From assembly GCA_031368215.1 (NCBI GenBank), contig JANLRD010000276.1, forward strand, positions 12,865 to 76,864: a stretch of DNA of 64,000 nucleotides, in the 5' to 3' direction. This document shows positions 1-10,779 of this stretch, one piece after another (the first letter of the stretch is position 1; each line of letters starts with the position of its first letter). The translations under genes were made by a program, and so were the position numbers. This DNA comes from Acidimicrobiia bacterium. Lineage in GTDB: Bacteria > Actinomycetota > Acidimicrobiia > Acidimicrobiales > JANYDT01. The notes beneath the pieces were generated by a model. The model saw only the letters and a program-made list of their open reading frames with translations, was not told the DNA's origin and did no database searches.

Positions 1-1034
1 TTGTCGACGAGGACATCGACGATCGCCGTGACATCCGTCGACACCATCGCCACGGGAACGGGTTCGGCCGGAACTTCGACGACGAATGGTCGATGCTCGT
101 CCTCGGCGAGAACCAGCCAGAATGATGTGCGCATACGAACGACCGCGGCGAGGTCGGTCGAGATTCCGATGCCGTGACGCGTCGGTGTCGCCGCCTCCCT
201 GATGATGCGGTCGAGCGTGCTCGTGAGCTCTTCGAGCCCGAGCTCGATGCGAAGCAGGCCCTGCCGGTCATCGACGGTGGCGAGCTCAGCGCGAAGCGCG
301 GTCACCGGCGTGCGCAGTTGGTGCTGCAGGTCGGCGAGCGCGGCTCGTTCCGTCCCAAGAAGCTCGTCGATGCGGTCGGCCAACCGGTTCAGGGCCGTCC
401 CCACAGCCCGGACCTCGGGCGGGCCGGCCGGTTCGGCGCGAGCATCGACGTCACCGCTCCCCAGACGGTTGGCGACCTCTGCCAGCCGGTCGACGCTACG
501 GACGACGGATCGCCCGAGGCGGTCGTTGAGGAACACCGCGAGTCCGATCAGACCGACACCGAGCAGGACCAGGATCGCCCAGGAACGATGGACGCCGCGT
601 TCGAGGAGCGAGTCCGGTACGAGCACCCGGATGACAGCGATCGAGCCGTTCGAGCGCAGCACAGGCTGGTAGACGACCTTGCCCCCGGAGATGCGATGCA
701 CGAACGATTCGCCTGAACGAGCCCGCTGGAGTGACGGCGGATCAGCGATCGGATCCCGATCGAGCACCGCCCCGAGACCGAGGACCGAGCCATCGGGGAA
801 TACGACGCTGACATCGCGAGGTCGCGCCCGCTGGCCGACCGTGACGATCGCGCCGGTCACCCGCGGGTCGCCGGCCAGTGAAAGGATCGGCGAGAGTGCA
901 AGCGCGTCGGAGCGGCCCGCGGTGATGGCCCGTTCGTCAGCGGTCCGGGCGATCAGGATCGCCAGAGGTACGACGAAGACCGAGACGATGACCACACTGA
1001 CGAGCAACGAGCGGATGAACAGCGAACGGCGCAC
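1..1034 (-). CDS. sensor histidine kinase (TM-HAMP-HisKA), C-terminal part runs off the window start
   Basis: Manual minus-strand translation from GTG at 1034 gives VRRSLFIRSLLVSVVIVSVFVVPLAIL..., a second TM (WAILVLLGVGLIGLAVFL), a HAMP-like linker and the H-box ADLQHQLRTPVTAL. It starts 27 nt downstream of the response regulator. It is not in the ORF track because it is open at the window edge. Confidence 0.85.
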   Translation of the reverse strand, partial: MRRSLFIRSLLVSVVIVSVFVVPLAILIARTADERAITAGRSDALALSPILSLAGDPRVTGAIVTVGQRARPRDVSVVFPDGSVLGLGAVLDRDPIADPPSLQRARSGESFVHRISGGKVVYQPVLRSNGSIAVIRVLVPDSLLERGVHRSWAILVLLGVGLIGLAVFLNDRLGRSVVRSVDRLAEVANRLGSGDVDARAEPAGPPEVRAVGTALNRLADRIDELLGTERAALADLQHQLRTPVTALRAELATVDDRQGLLRIELGLEELTSTLDRIIREAATPTRHGIGISTDLAAVVRMRTSFWLVLAEDEHRPFVVEVPAEPVPVAMVSTDVTAIVDVLVD

Positions 1035-1060
1035 AGGAACTCAGGCGGCGCGCAAGGGCA

Positions 1061-1750
1061 TCAGCGGTCCGGGGGCGTGATGACCCGAATACCCACGCCG
1101 CGAACGGAGTGCAGGTAGCGCGGGCGATCCGCCGTTTCGCCGAGCTTGCGCCGCAACCACGAGACGTGGACATCAACGGTCTTGTCGGTCGTGAAGAACG
1201 GCTGGTGCCACACCTCGGCCAGCAGCACCTTCTTCGAGATGACCTGCCCCTCATGTCGGGCGAGGTAGTGGAGGAGGTCGAACTCCTTCCGCGCAAGTTC
1301 GAGCGGCCGGCCGTCGAGCGACGCCTCACGGGTCCGGGCATTGATCCGGAGACCACCGACCACCACGTCACGGGTTCGCTCGGCGGTACCGCCGAGGCGG
1401 CGGAGCGCCGCGCGGATGCGGGCGTCGAGCTGATCCGGGGAGAACGGCTTTGTCACGTAGTCGTCCGCTCCCGCATCGAGCGTGCGCACGATTTCCTCCT
1501 CCGACACCCGGGCGGTGGCCACGATGACCACCGCGTCAGACACCGGACGGAGCATGCGCAGCAGCTCCGTCCCGTCGAGATCAGGAAGGCCGAGATCGAG
1601 CACGATCACTTCGGGCTTGTGGGCCACCACGAGCTGCAGCCCGGCCATCGCCGAGTCGGCCTGCATGACAACATGGCCGCGTTGCTCGAGCGCCTTCGTG
1701 AGCGCGGTACGGACTCGGAGGTCATCTTCGATGATGACGAGGCTGGCCAC
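1061..1750 (-). CDS. OmpR/PhoB-family response regulator
   Basis: 229-aa ORF. The receiver domain has VIVLDLGLPDLDG and DDYVTKPF. The C-terminal winged-helix domain has VDVHVSWLRRKL. Confidence 0.95.
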   Translation of the reverse strand: MASLVIIEDDLRVRTALTKALEQRGHVVMQADSAMAGLQLVVAHKPEVIVLDLGLPDLDGTELLRMLRPVSDAVVIVATARVSEEEIVRTLDAGADDYVTKPFSPDQLDARIRAALRRLGGTAERTRDVVVGGLRINARTREASLDGRPLELARKEFDLLHYLARHEGQVISKKVLLAEVWHQPFFTTDKTVDVHVSWLRRKLGETADRPRYLHSVRGVGIRVITPPDR

Positions 1751-1822
1751 TGCGGAGTGAGCGTACCGGGCACGGCTTGTCAGCGCGCCGGCCGGCGTCC
1801 GGGGTGCTCCACCCGAGTTGCG

Positions 1823-1844
1823 CTAAGGACCGGCTAAGGACCGG
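1823..1844. promoter_or_regulatory. perfect 11-bp tandem direct repeat CTAAGGACCGG x2 in a divergent promoter region; candidate response-regulator site
   Basis: Read directly: gcg-CTAAGGACCGG-CTAAGGACCGG-acaagc. It lies between the RR start (1750, minus) and the binding-protein start (2005, plus). The 11-bp periodicity is what OmpR/PhoB-family regulators use. Confidence 0.35.
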
Positions 1845-1916
1845 ACAAGCGTGGTGCAACTTCGTCCGACCGGTCTTCACTTCCCGTTCATGTTGTGGAT
1901 GACTCGTGTCGCGCAT

Positions 1917-1935
1917 CGGTGACTGAGGTCACCCG
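1917..1935. promoter_or_regulatory. palindrome CGGTGA-CTGAGG-TCACCCG (GTGA-N6-TCAC core), CRP/FNR-family-like operator candidate
   Basis: Read directly, about 70 nt upstream of the ATG at 2005. A near-identical 19-mer occurs at 43209..43227. Confidence 0.35.
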
Positions 1936-2004
1936 TGCGCGTGGACTGCACCAACCCGCGGCACCACGTCGATCAACGGGACAACACCTCTGGAGGAAAC
2001 GCAT

Positions 2005-2964
2005 ATGCGAGCTCGCACCCTTCTCGTGTCGGTGGTCGCTCTGACCGCCATCGTGGGCACCATCGCTCCCGCCACGGCGGCGACGACCAAGAAGAAGATC
2101 GTGGTCAAGAAGACGACGGTCAAGAAGACGGCGGCGACCACCGCGGCCCCCGCCACCACCGCGGCTCCGGCAACGACGGCCGCACCCGCAGCGCCGGCCA
2201 CCGCCAGCGGCGGCGCCACGCTCGAAGCCATCAAGAAGCGCGGCAAGATCGTCATCGGCACCAAGTGGGACGTTCCGCTCATCGGTCTGAAGAACCCCGT
2301 CAGCGGCGATGTGCAGGGCTTCGACGTCGAGATCGGCAAGATCATCGCCAAGGAGATCTTCGGCACCGACAAGGGCAAGGTCGAGTGGGTCGAGGCCATC
2401 TCGGCGAACCGAATCCCATTCATCACCGACGCCAAGGTCGACATCATCCTGTCGACGTTCTCCATCACCGACGCCCGCAAGCAGCAGGTCGACTTCGCCG
2501 GTCCGTACTACATCGCCGGCCAGGACCTCCTGATCTACAAGATCGAGGCCGACAGCATCAAGACCGCCGCGGACCTCAACGGTCGCAAGGTATGCGCGCA
2601 GACGGGTTCGACGTCGATCACGAACATCAAGGCTGCGGCACCGCGCGCCTCGGTCCTCGACCTCCCGACCACGGCGAACTGCGTTGAAGCACTGAAGGAC
2701 GGCCGCGTCGATGCCGTCTCGACCGACGACACCCTCCTCGCTGGCTTCGCGGAGAAGTTCCCGGCATTCACCCTCGTCGGCAAGCAGTTCTCCGTCGAGA
2801 AGTACGGCGTCGGTCTGAAGAAGGGCGACACCGACTTCCGCACCTACCTGAACGACATCATCGAGAAGTCGTTCAAGGACGGTTCCTGGAAGAAGGCGGT
2901 CGAGTCGACTATCGGTACCGGTGGACTCAAGACCCCGGAGCCGCCGAAGGTCGAGCGGTACTGA
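2005..2964 (+). CDS. polar amino-acid (glutamate-type) ABC transporter substrate-binding protein, secreted, with a Lys-rich and Ala/Thr/Pro-rich N-terminal linker
   Basis: 319-aa ORF. It has a signal peptide (ends APATA/A), then KKKIVVKKTTVKK and TTAAPATTAAPATTAAPAAPATA. The type-2 periplasmic-binding fold follows (KKRGKIVIGTKWDVPLIG, DFAGPYY, STDD). Confidence 0.9.
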   Translation: MRARTLLVSVVALTAIVGTIAPATAATTKKKIVVKKTTVKKTAATTAAPATTAAPATTAAPAAPATASGGATLEAIKKRGKIVIGTKWDVPLIGLKNPVSGDVQGFDVEIGKIIAKEIFGTDKGKVEWVEAISANRIPFITDAKVDIILSTFSITDARKQQVDFAGPYYIAGQDLLIYKIEADSIKTAADLNGRKVCAQTGSTSITNIKAAAPRASVLDLPTTANCVEALKDGRVDAVSTDDTLLAGFAEKFPAFTLVGKQFSVEKYGVGLKKGDTDFRTYLNDIIEKSFKDGSWKKAVESTIGTGGLKTPEPPKVERY

Positions 2965-3078
2965 ACCATTGGTGCGACGAGGGCCGCGGGTGACCGCGGC
3001 CCTCGTTGTGCGAGTTGGTTGATCGTGAACGATCGACCAGAGTTGCGCTGATCCAGTTCGCTTCGGGAAGAGACCTCC

Positions 3079-3723
3079 TTGCAGATCGTCCTCGACAACC
3101 TTCCTCGGCTGCTCCGTGGGCTCGGAGTTACCCTCCAGCTGACCATCGGAGGCTTTCTCATGGGCCTCGTCATCGGCATCGTGATCGCCGTGTTCCGGGT
3201 CAGTCCGGTCAGACCGCTCCGCATCGTCGGCGCCGCCTACGTCAGCACGATGGTGAACTCACCGCTCATCTTCCTGGTCTTCCTGGCGTACTACGGCGGC
3301 CCGAAGCTCGGTGCGCTCCTCACGAACTTCCAGTGCGCGCTCGTCGCCGTCGGTCTCTACCTCGGTGGCTACATGTCCGAGGCTCTGCGCTCGGGATTCA
3401 ACTCCGTGTCAAACGGTCAAGCGGAGGCAGCGCGGGCGATCGGGCTCACGTTCAGCCAGACACTCAGGCATGTGATCCTTCCGCAGGCACTGCGTTCGAG
3501 CATCGGACCACTCGCTGTTCTCCTCAACGCGAACTACCGCAACGTTGCGGTCGCCGGAATCATCGGAGTTGCCGAAGTCGTGAAAGCCGGCTCCGATCTG
3601 TCGGACGAGACGGCGAAGCAGTACCCGTTCTTCGTGTTCTCGTTCCTGGTGTTCATGGTGCTCGGCTTCACGACCGCAGCACTCGCCGGCTGGCTCGACC
3701 AACGTGTCGCGATCAAGCGATAG
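3079..3723 (+). CDS. amino-acid ABC transporter permease (His/Glu/Gln/Arg family)
   Basis: 214-aa multi-TM ORF with the EAA loop [24 protein letters not shown]. Confidence 0.9.
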   Translation: MQIVLDNLPRLLRGLGVTLQLTIGGFLMGLVIGIVIAVFRVSPVRPLRIVGAAYVSTMVNSPLIFLVFLAYYGGPKLGALLTNFQCALVAVGLYLGGYMSEALRSGFNSVSNGQAEAARAIGLTFSQTLRHVILPQALRSSIGPLAVLLNANYRNVAVAGIIGVAEVVKAGSDLSDETAKQYPFFVFSFLVFMVLGFTTAALAGWLDQRVAIKR

Positions 3724-3732
3724 GGGTCGCTC

Positions 3733-4599
3733 ATGACGTCTCTCTCCTCATGGTTGCTCGACGTGAAACCGTCGAGACCGGGTGAACTCCAGATCACCGA
3801 AGAACTCGGCCCCCGCGGCCGACGGCGCGCGCTGATCGGAACCGCCGCCGCCTCCGCCCTCGTTGTCGCGGCGTTCGCGTGGATCATCCGCCGGTTCCAG
3901 GTGAAGGGACAGTTCGCTCCGGAGCTCTGGCGCCCATTCCGCCAATGGGCGATCTGGCGATACCTGCTTCTCGGCCTCGGCCAGACACTCAAGGCCGCCG
4001 GCGTTGCCCTCGTGTTCGCGTTGACCCTCGGCATCGTTCTCGCCATGTGGCGGGCGAGCTCGCCGAAGCGCAAGCGCATCCCGGCCACGCTGTTCAGCGA
4101 GATCTTCCGCGCCTGTGCACTTGTGCTGCTCATCAAGTTCTCGTTCTTCCAACTTCCGAAGACGCCGGGCTTTCGCGGCTGGACGCTGGGGACCTACGCC
4201 TTCGTCGCCGTCGTCAGCGGACTCACCTTCTACTACTCGACCGTCTTCGCCGAAGTGATCCGGTCGGGCATTCGAAGCCTGCCCAAGGGCCAGAGCGAGG
4301 CCGCGCTGGCCATCGGTCTTACGGAGACCCGCGCAATGCGCCTGGTGATCCTCCCGCAGGCGCTGCGCCGATCCCTTCCGAACATCTTCACGCAGTCGGC
4401 ATCACTGCTGAAAGACACCTCGCTTGGGGTCTTTGTGACCTACAGCGAGCTGCTCTCACGAGCGAAGATCGTCGGAGAGTTCGGTAGCAACTTCCTGCAG
4501 TCCTTCGTCGTCGCCGGCTTCATGTACATCACCGTCGTGGCCATCCTCACGTCATCGGCGAACCGACTGCAGAGCCGACAGGCCCGAAGCTCCCGATGA
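3733..4599 (+). CDS. amino-acid ABC transporter permease (second subunit)
   Basis: 288-aa multi-TM ORF with the EAA loop [28 protein letters not shown]. Confidence 0.9.
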   Translation: MTSLSSWLLDVKPSRPGELQITEELGPRGRRRALIGTAAASALVVAAFAWIIRRFQVKGQFAPELWRPFRQWAIWRYLLLGLGQTLKAAGVALVFALTLGIVLAMWRASSPKRKRIPATLFSEIFRACALVLLIKFSFFQLPKTPGFRGWTLGTYAFVAVVSGLTFYYSTVFAEVIRSGIRSLPKGQSEAALAIGLTETRAMRLVILPQALRRSLPNIFTQSASLLKDTSLGVFVTYSELLSRAKIVGEFGSNFLQSFVVAGFMYITVVAILTSSANRLQSRQARSSR

Positions 4600-4621
4600 C
4601 CACCGCCACCAAGGAAGACCG

Positions 4622-5368
4622 ATGACCGACACCGCAAGCTCACCGCTGATCGTCGTCGACAAGCTCGACAAGTGGTTCGGCGATCATCACGTGCTCAAGG
4701 ACATCAACCTCGAGGTCGCCCGCGGTGAAGTCGTCGTCGTGATCGGGCCGTCAGGATCGGGCAAGTCCACCCTGTGCCGCTGCATCAACCGCCTCGAGCG
4801 GTTCCAGAAGGGCTCGATCACCATCGACGGCGCCACCCTGCCCGAAGAGGGCAAGGAGCTCGCGGCGCTGCGTGCCGACGTCGGTATGGTGTTCCAGTCC
4901 TTCAACCTGTTCGCCCACAAGACGATCGTGGAGAACGTGATGCTCGGACCCGTGAAGGTCCGCGGCATGGACAAGGCCGCTGCACGAGTCAAGGCGATGG
5001 GCCTTCTCGAGCGAGTCGGGATCGGCGACAAGGCGAACCGTCATCCGGCGGAGCTCTCCGGCGGACAGCAGCAGCGGGCTGCCATCGCACGCGCACTCGC
5101 GATGGACCCGAAGGTCATGCTGTTCGATGAACCGACCAGCGCACTCGACCCGGAGATGGTGAACGAAGTCCTCGACGTCATGCTCGAGCTTGCGTCGCAG
5201 GGGATGACCATGGTCGTCGTCACGCACGAGATGGGCTTCGCCCGGTCCGCGGCCAAGCGCGTCGTGTTCATGGACGACGGACGCCTCGTCGAGATCGCCA
5301 CGCCGAGCGAGTTCTTCGACAACCCGAAGAGCGATCGCGCTCGCGACTTCCTCTCGAAGATCCTGTAG
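4622..5368 (+). CDS. amino-acid ABC transporter ATP-binding protein (GlnQ/GluA-like)
   Basis: 248 aa. Walker [10 protein letters not shown], signature LSGGQQQR, Walker [12 protein letters not shown]. Confidence 0.95.
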   Translation: MTDTASSPLIVVDKLDKWFGDHHVLKDINLEVARGEVVVVIGPSGSGKSTLCRCINRLERFQKGSITIDGATLPEEGKELAALRADVGMVFQSFNLFAHKTIVENVMLGPVKVRGMDKAAARVKAMGLLERVGIGDKANRHPAELSGGQQQRAAIARALAMDPKVMLFDEPTSALDPEMVNEVLDVMLELASQGMTMVVVTHEMGFARSAAKRVVFMDDGRLVEIATPSEFFDNPKSDRARDFLSKIL

Positions 5369-5376
5369 CGCAGCGC

Positions 5377-6318
5377 TTGCCGCCCTCGTCTCCCATGCTT
5401 CGGTCGCCTGCGGTGTTGCGTCTGCACCGTCGACGCGCAGTCCTCCTCGGAGTCGCGGTCGCTGCGGCTGCGCTCGGTTCCTGTTCGAGTTCGTCGAAAC
5501 CGTCGGCGAACACCCTCGCCCTTCCGGTACCGGCTCCAGTCGATCGGATGAGTCGCCTCGACGCGATCCGAGCGAACAAGTCGATCACCGTCGGTGTGAA
5601 GGAAGACGTCCCGCTGTTCGGACTCCTCGACCCGAAGACCGGGCTGCTGAGAGGGTTCGACATCGAGATAGCCAAGGGCATCGCCAAGCGGCTCTTTCCC
5701 GAGGAGGACCCCGCCACCCGCGTACGGTTCGTCGAGGCGCTGTCGAAGAATAGGGAAGCCATGCTCCAGAAGGGGGCCGCCGACCTCGTGATCTCCACGT
5801 ACACGATCACCGATGCCCGCAAGCAGTTGGTCGACTTCGCCGGGCCGTACTACATCGCCGGACAGGATGTCCTCACGCGACGCGAGCTGATCGACAACGG
5901 GACGATCCGGGGAATCGATGACGTCAACGGCCGTAAGGTCTGCTCGGTCAACGGCTCGACATCGCTGCTCAACCTCCAGAGCGCGGCACCGAAGGCCGAC
6001 ATCTCGATCACCCGCGACAAGTACTCCGAGTGCTTCGAGGAGCTGCGCCAGGGACGCGTCGATGCGATGACGACCGATGACGTCATCCTTCTGGGTCTGG
6101 CCCTGCAGGACAAGCGCTTCGGGCTGACCGGAAACCCGTTCCGCACCGAGCCATACGGGATCGGCGTGCCGAAGGGTGACACCGAGCTGCGCACGTTCGT
6201 CAACGATGCGCTCGAGGACATGATCCGCACGGGCGAGTGGGCCGAGGCGTTCCGGTCCACCGTCGGCACCGCCGGCGTCCTCGTCCCCGCCCCACCGGCC
6301 ATCGACCGCTACGAGTAA
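5377..6318 (+). CDS. second polar amino-acid ABC substrate-binding protein, lipoprotein
   Basis: 313-aa ORF; an alternative ATG start lies at 5395. The signal peptide carries the lipobox AALGS-C. It is paralogous to the 2005..2964 product (DFAGPYYIAGQD, TTDD). Confidence 0.9.
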   Translation: MPPSSPMLRSPAVLRLHRRRAVLLGVAVAAAALGSCSSSSKPSANTLALPVPAPVDRMSRLDAIRANKSITVGVKEDVPLFGLLDPKTGLLRGFDIEIAKGIAKRLFPEEDPATRVRFVEALSKNREAMLQKGAADLVISTYTITDARKQLVDFAGPYYIAGQDVLTRRELIDNGTIRGIDDVNGRKVCSVNGSTSLLNLQSAAPKADISITRDKYSECFEELRQGRVDAMTTDDVILLGLALQDKRFGLTGNPFRTEPYGIGVPKGDTELRTFVNDALEDMIRTGEWAEAFRSTVGTAGVLVPAPPAIDRYE

Positions 6319-6322
6319 CGCA

Positions 6323-6502
6323 CTGGGAGAGAGGTTGCCCCTCTTTCCTTCGGCGCTGCGCCGCTCGCTCCGCTCGACTGCTCGCAACCCAAACGACCCC
6401 ACGGACTGGGAGAGAGGTTGCCCCTATTCGTGGGGGTCAAACACCTCCGAGCGTCGTTAGGAGGTGTTCTGCCCCCATAGATGGGGGCAACCTCTCTCCC
6501 AG
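6323..6502. repeat. composite REP/MITE-like structured intergenic repeat
   Basis: The 19-mer CTGGGAGAGAGGTTGCCCC occurs at 6323..6341 and 6406..6424, with its exact reverse complement at 6484..6502. Nested hairpins lie between the copies. The right half recurs at 24483..24545. Confidence 0.8.
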
Positions 6503-6568
6503 CACCAACACACGTGACAGCACGGGAAGCGTTCCCTCATCGGTCCTGACGATGGAAGACTGTTCGGC

Positions 6569-9286
<2,718 letters not shown>

Positions 9287-9342
9287 GCGCCTCCTGACCA
9301 AGGTTCCGTCGTCGGGGTCGACGGATCCGCTGGAACAGTCCG

Positions 9343-9382
9343 CATCATCTCTACAGAAGCAACATCATCTCCACAGGAGCAA
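9343..9382 (+). repeat. tandem 20-bp duplication of the leader/RBS of the downstream SDR gene
   Basis: CATCATCTCTACAGAAGCAA followed by CATCATCTCCACAGGAGCAA (18/20 identical), then cgcc-ATG. Only the second copy has an intact AGGAG. Confidence 0.7.
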
Positions 9383-9386
9383 CGCC

Positions 9387-10184
9387 ATGAGTCAGCCGTT
9401 CACCTCCGAGTATCCCCGTCCGAGTGAACTCTTCTCCCTTGCCGGCGACGTAGCCGTGGTCACCGGCGGCGGACGGGGCATCGGTGAAGGCATCGCCCGT
9501 ACGCTCGCCGCGGCCGGTGCCAAGGTCGTGGTCGCGGCCCGCCGCGAAGAGGAGGTGGAGGCCGTTGCCCGCCAGATCCGCGCTGACGGGGGCGAGGCCA
9601 TTGCCATCGTCACCGACGTGACCGACGATGCGGCTGTCGATGCGCTCGCGGTCGCGGCGAAGAACGCATTCGGCGCCCTGACCATCTGGGTGAACAACGC
9701 CGGCGGTTCATCGGCTCGGCTCCCGATGACCGAGCTGAGCCGGGCCGATTGGGACCACTGCATCGCCTTGAACCTCACGGCGGTGTGGGTCGGCATCGTC
9801 GCGGCGGCGAAGCACATGGAACGCGGCTCCATCATCAACATCTCCTCCGGGGCTGGAAGTGGACCGGTGCCGGGAAGCGGCCACTACGGTGCGTCGAAGG
9901 CGGGGGTCAACTCACTCACACAAACCGCGTCCGCCGAGTTGGCACCCCGGATCAGGGTGAACGGCATCGCCCCCGGCGTGGTCCCGACCGAGATCTTCCG
10001 CAAAGCACTCAGCATCGAGAACGACGACGATCTCGCCCGGGTCGAAGCACAGTGGAACATCCCCCTCGGCCGACTCGGGACGCCGCTGGACATGGGCTCG
10101 GCGGTGTTGTTCCTCTGCTCACCCGGAGCATCGTGGATCAGCGGCGAGACCCTTCGGGTGGGCGGTGGCGCAAAGCCCCGTTGA
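9387..10184 (+). CDS. SDR-family oxidoreductase (FabG-like)
   Basis: ATG at 9387 is preceded by AGGAG. Motifs VTGGGRGIG and YGASK. The ORF-track entry 9201..10184 extends upstream through non-coding-looking sequence. Confidence 0.85.
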   Translation: MSQPFTSEYPRPSELFSLAGDVAVVTGGGRGIGEGIARTLAAAGAKVVVAARREEEVEAVARQIRADGGEAIAIVTDVTDDAAVDALAVAAKNAFGALTIWVNNAGGSSARLPMTELSRADWDHCIALNLTAVWVGIVAAAKHMERGSIINISSGAGSGPVPGSGHYGASKAGVNSLTQTASAELAPRIRVNGIAPGVVPTEIFRKALSIENDDDLARVEAQWNIPLGRLGTPLDMGSAVLFLCSPGASWISGETLRVGGGAKPR

Positions 10185-10225
10185 CACCGGCTGCGACCTT
10201 GACCGACTTGGACCGGAGTACCTCA

Positions 10226-10241
10226 GCGGTCGGCTGACCGC
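10226..10241. terminator. GC hairpin between convergent genes
   Basis: GCGGTC-ggct-GACCGC lies between the SDR stop (10184) and the minus-strand small gene stop (10253). Confidence 0.4.
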
Positions 10242-10252
10242 CGTCGACGGGC

Positions 10253-10456
10253 TCAGCGCTTGGGCTTGAACGCCTTGTAGTTCCGGTTGCGGGCCTCGGC
10301 CAACGAGTCGGGGCCGAAGGTCGCGCCCTGCCCGGTTTCGACGATGTCGTCGATCACGATCTTCGGCGTGGCCGCGTCATCGAGGTCGTAGACGATCTGG
10401 GTGCGCTTGTCGCCCAGATAGCGGAAGTGTTCGAAACGGGTGGGACGGCCGGACAT
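10253..10456 (-). CDS. small conserved-looking hypothetical protein (67 aa)
   Basis: Internal ATG start (MSGRPTRFEHFRYLGDKRTQIVYDL...) of the 91-aa track ORF. GC3-rich coding signal. I recognise no family. Confidence 0.55.
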   Translation of the reverse strand: MSGRPTRFEHFRYLGDKRTQIVYDLDDAATPKIVIDDIVETGQGATFGPDSLAEARNRNYKAFKPKR

Positions 10457-10518
10457 GGGTCCAGTCTCGCACGGGGCACCGGGCCGATCTCGAATCGGCA
10501 GTGGGGCGAACGCGAACC

Positions 10519-10770
10519 GGGAGCACACCCGAAGGCGCGCTCCCGATCCAAGTACTGCACTGGTAATGACTCACGCGTGAGCCAACGGCATCGGAGGGGA
10601 CCAGCATCCGAACAGCGAGCGTGAGGGTGGCCGGCGTTGGATTCGCCAGCGGGTCCAGCTGTGCCGACTAGCGGCCAGCCACCTCCAGGGTCCCAAACAG
10701 TTGACTAGCGGAAATTTGGACCACCTCCTTTCTCTGGTGTCGCCATACTGCCACCAGAGATGGGTGGATG
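10519..10770 (-). ncRNA. candidate structured RNA or long structured leader (unassigned family)
   Basis: Roughly 320-nt gene-free gap. Minus-sense folds contain G-U pairs that become C-A mismatches on the plus strand. Elements: nested hairpin 10721..10767, a 13-14-bp helix 10623..10635 / 10673..10686, and an 11-bp stem capped by a cUUCGg tetraloop at 10519..10544. Confidence 0.3.
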
Positions 10771-10779
10771 CCAGGAATT

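Noticed and set aside
2100-2225. Repetitive DNA at the 5' end of the first binding-protein gene as a mobile or intergenic repeat.
   Set aside because: It is in frame and encodes a Lys-rich plus Ala/Thr/Pro low-complexity linker of a secreted protein.
10519-10770. Assignment of the structured gap to SRP RNA, 6S RNA, RNase P, tmRNA or 6C RNA.
   Set aside because: None of the diagnostic motifs is present. I looked for the SRP helix-8 GGAAGCAGC-type motif, the RNase P GAGGAAAGUCC, the tmRNA 5' GGGG with a tag ORF, and twin C-rich loops. It is kept only as an unassigned candidate.
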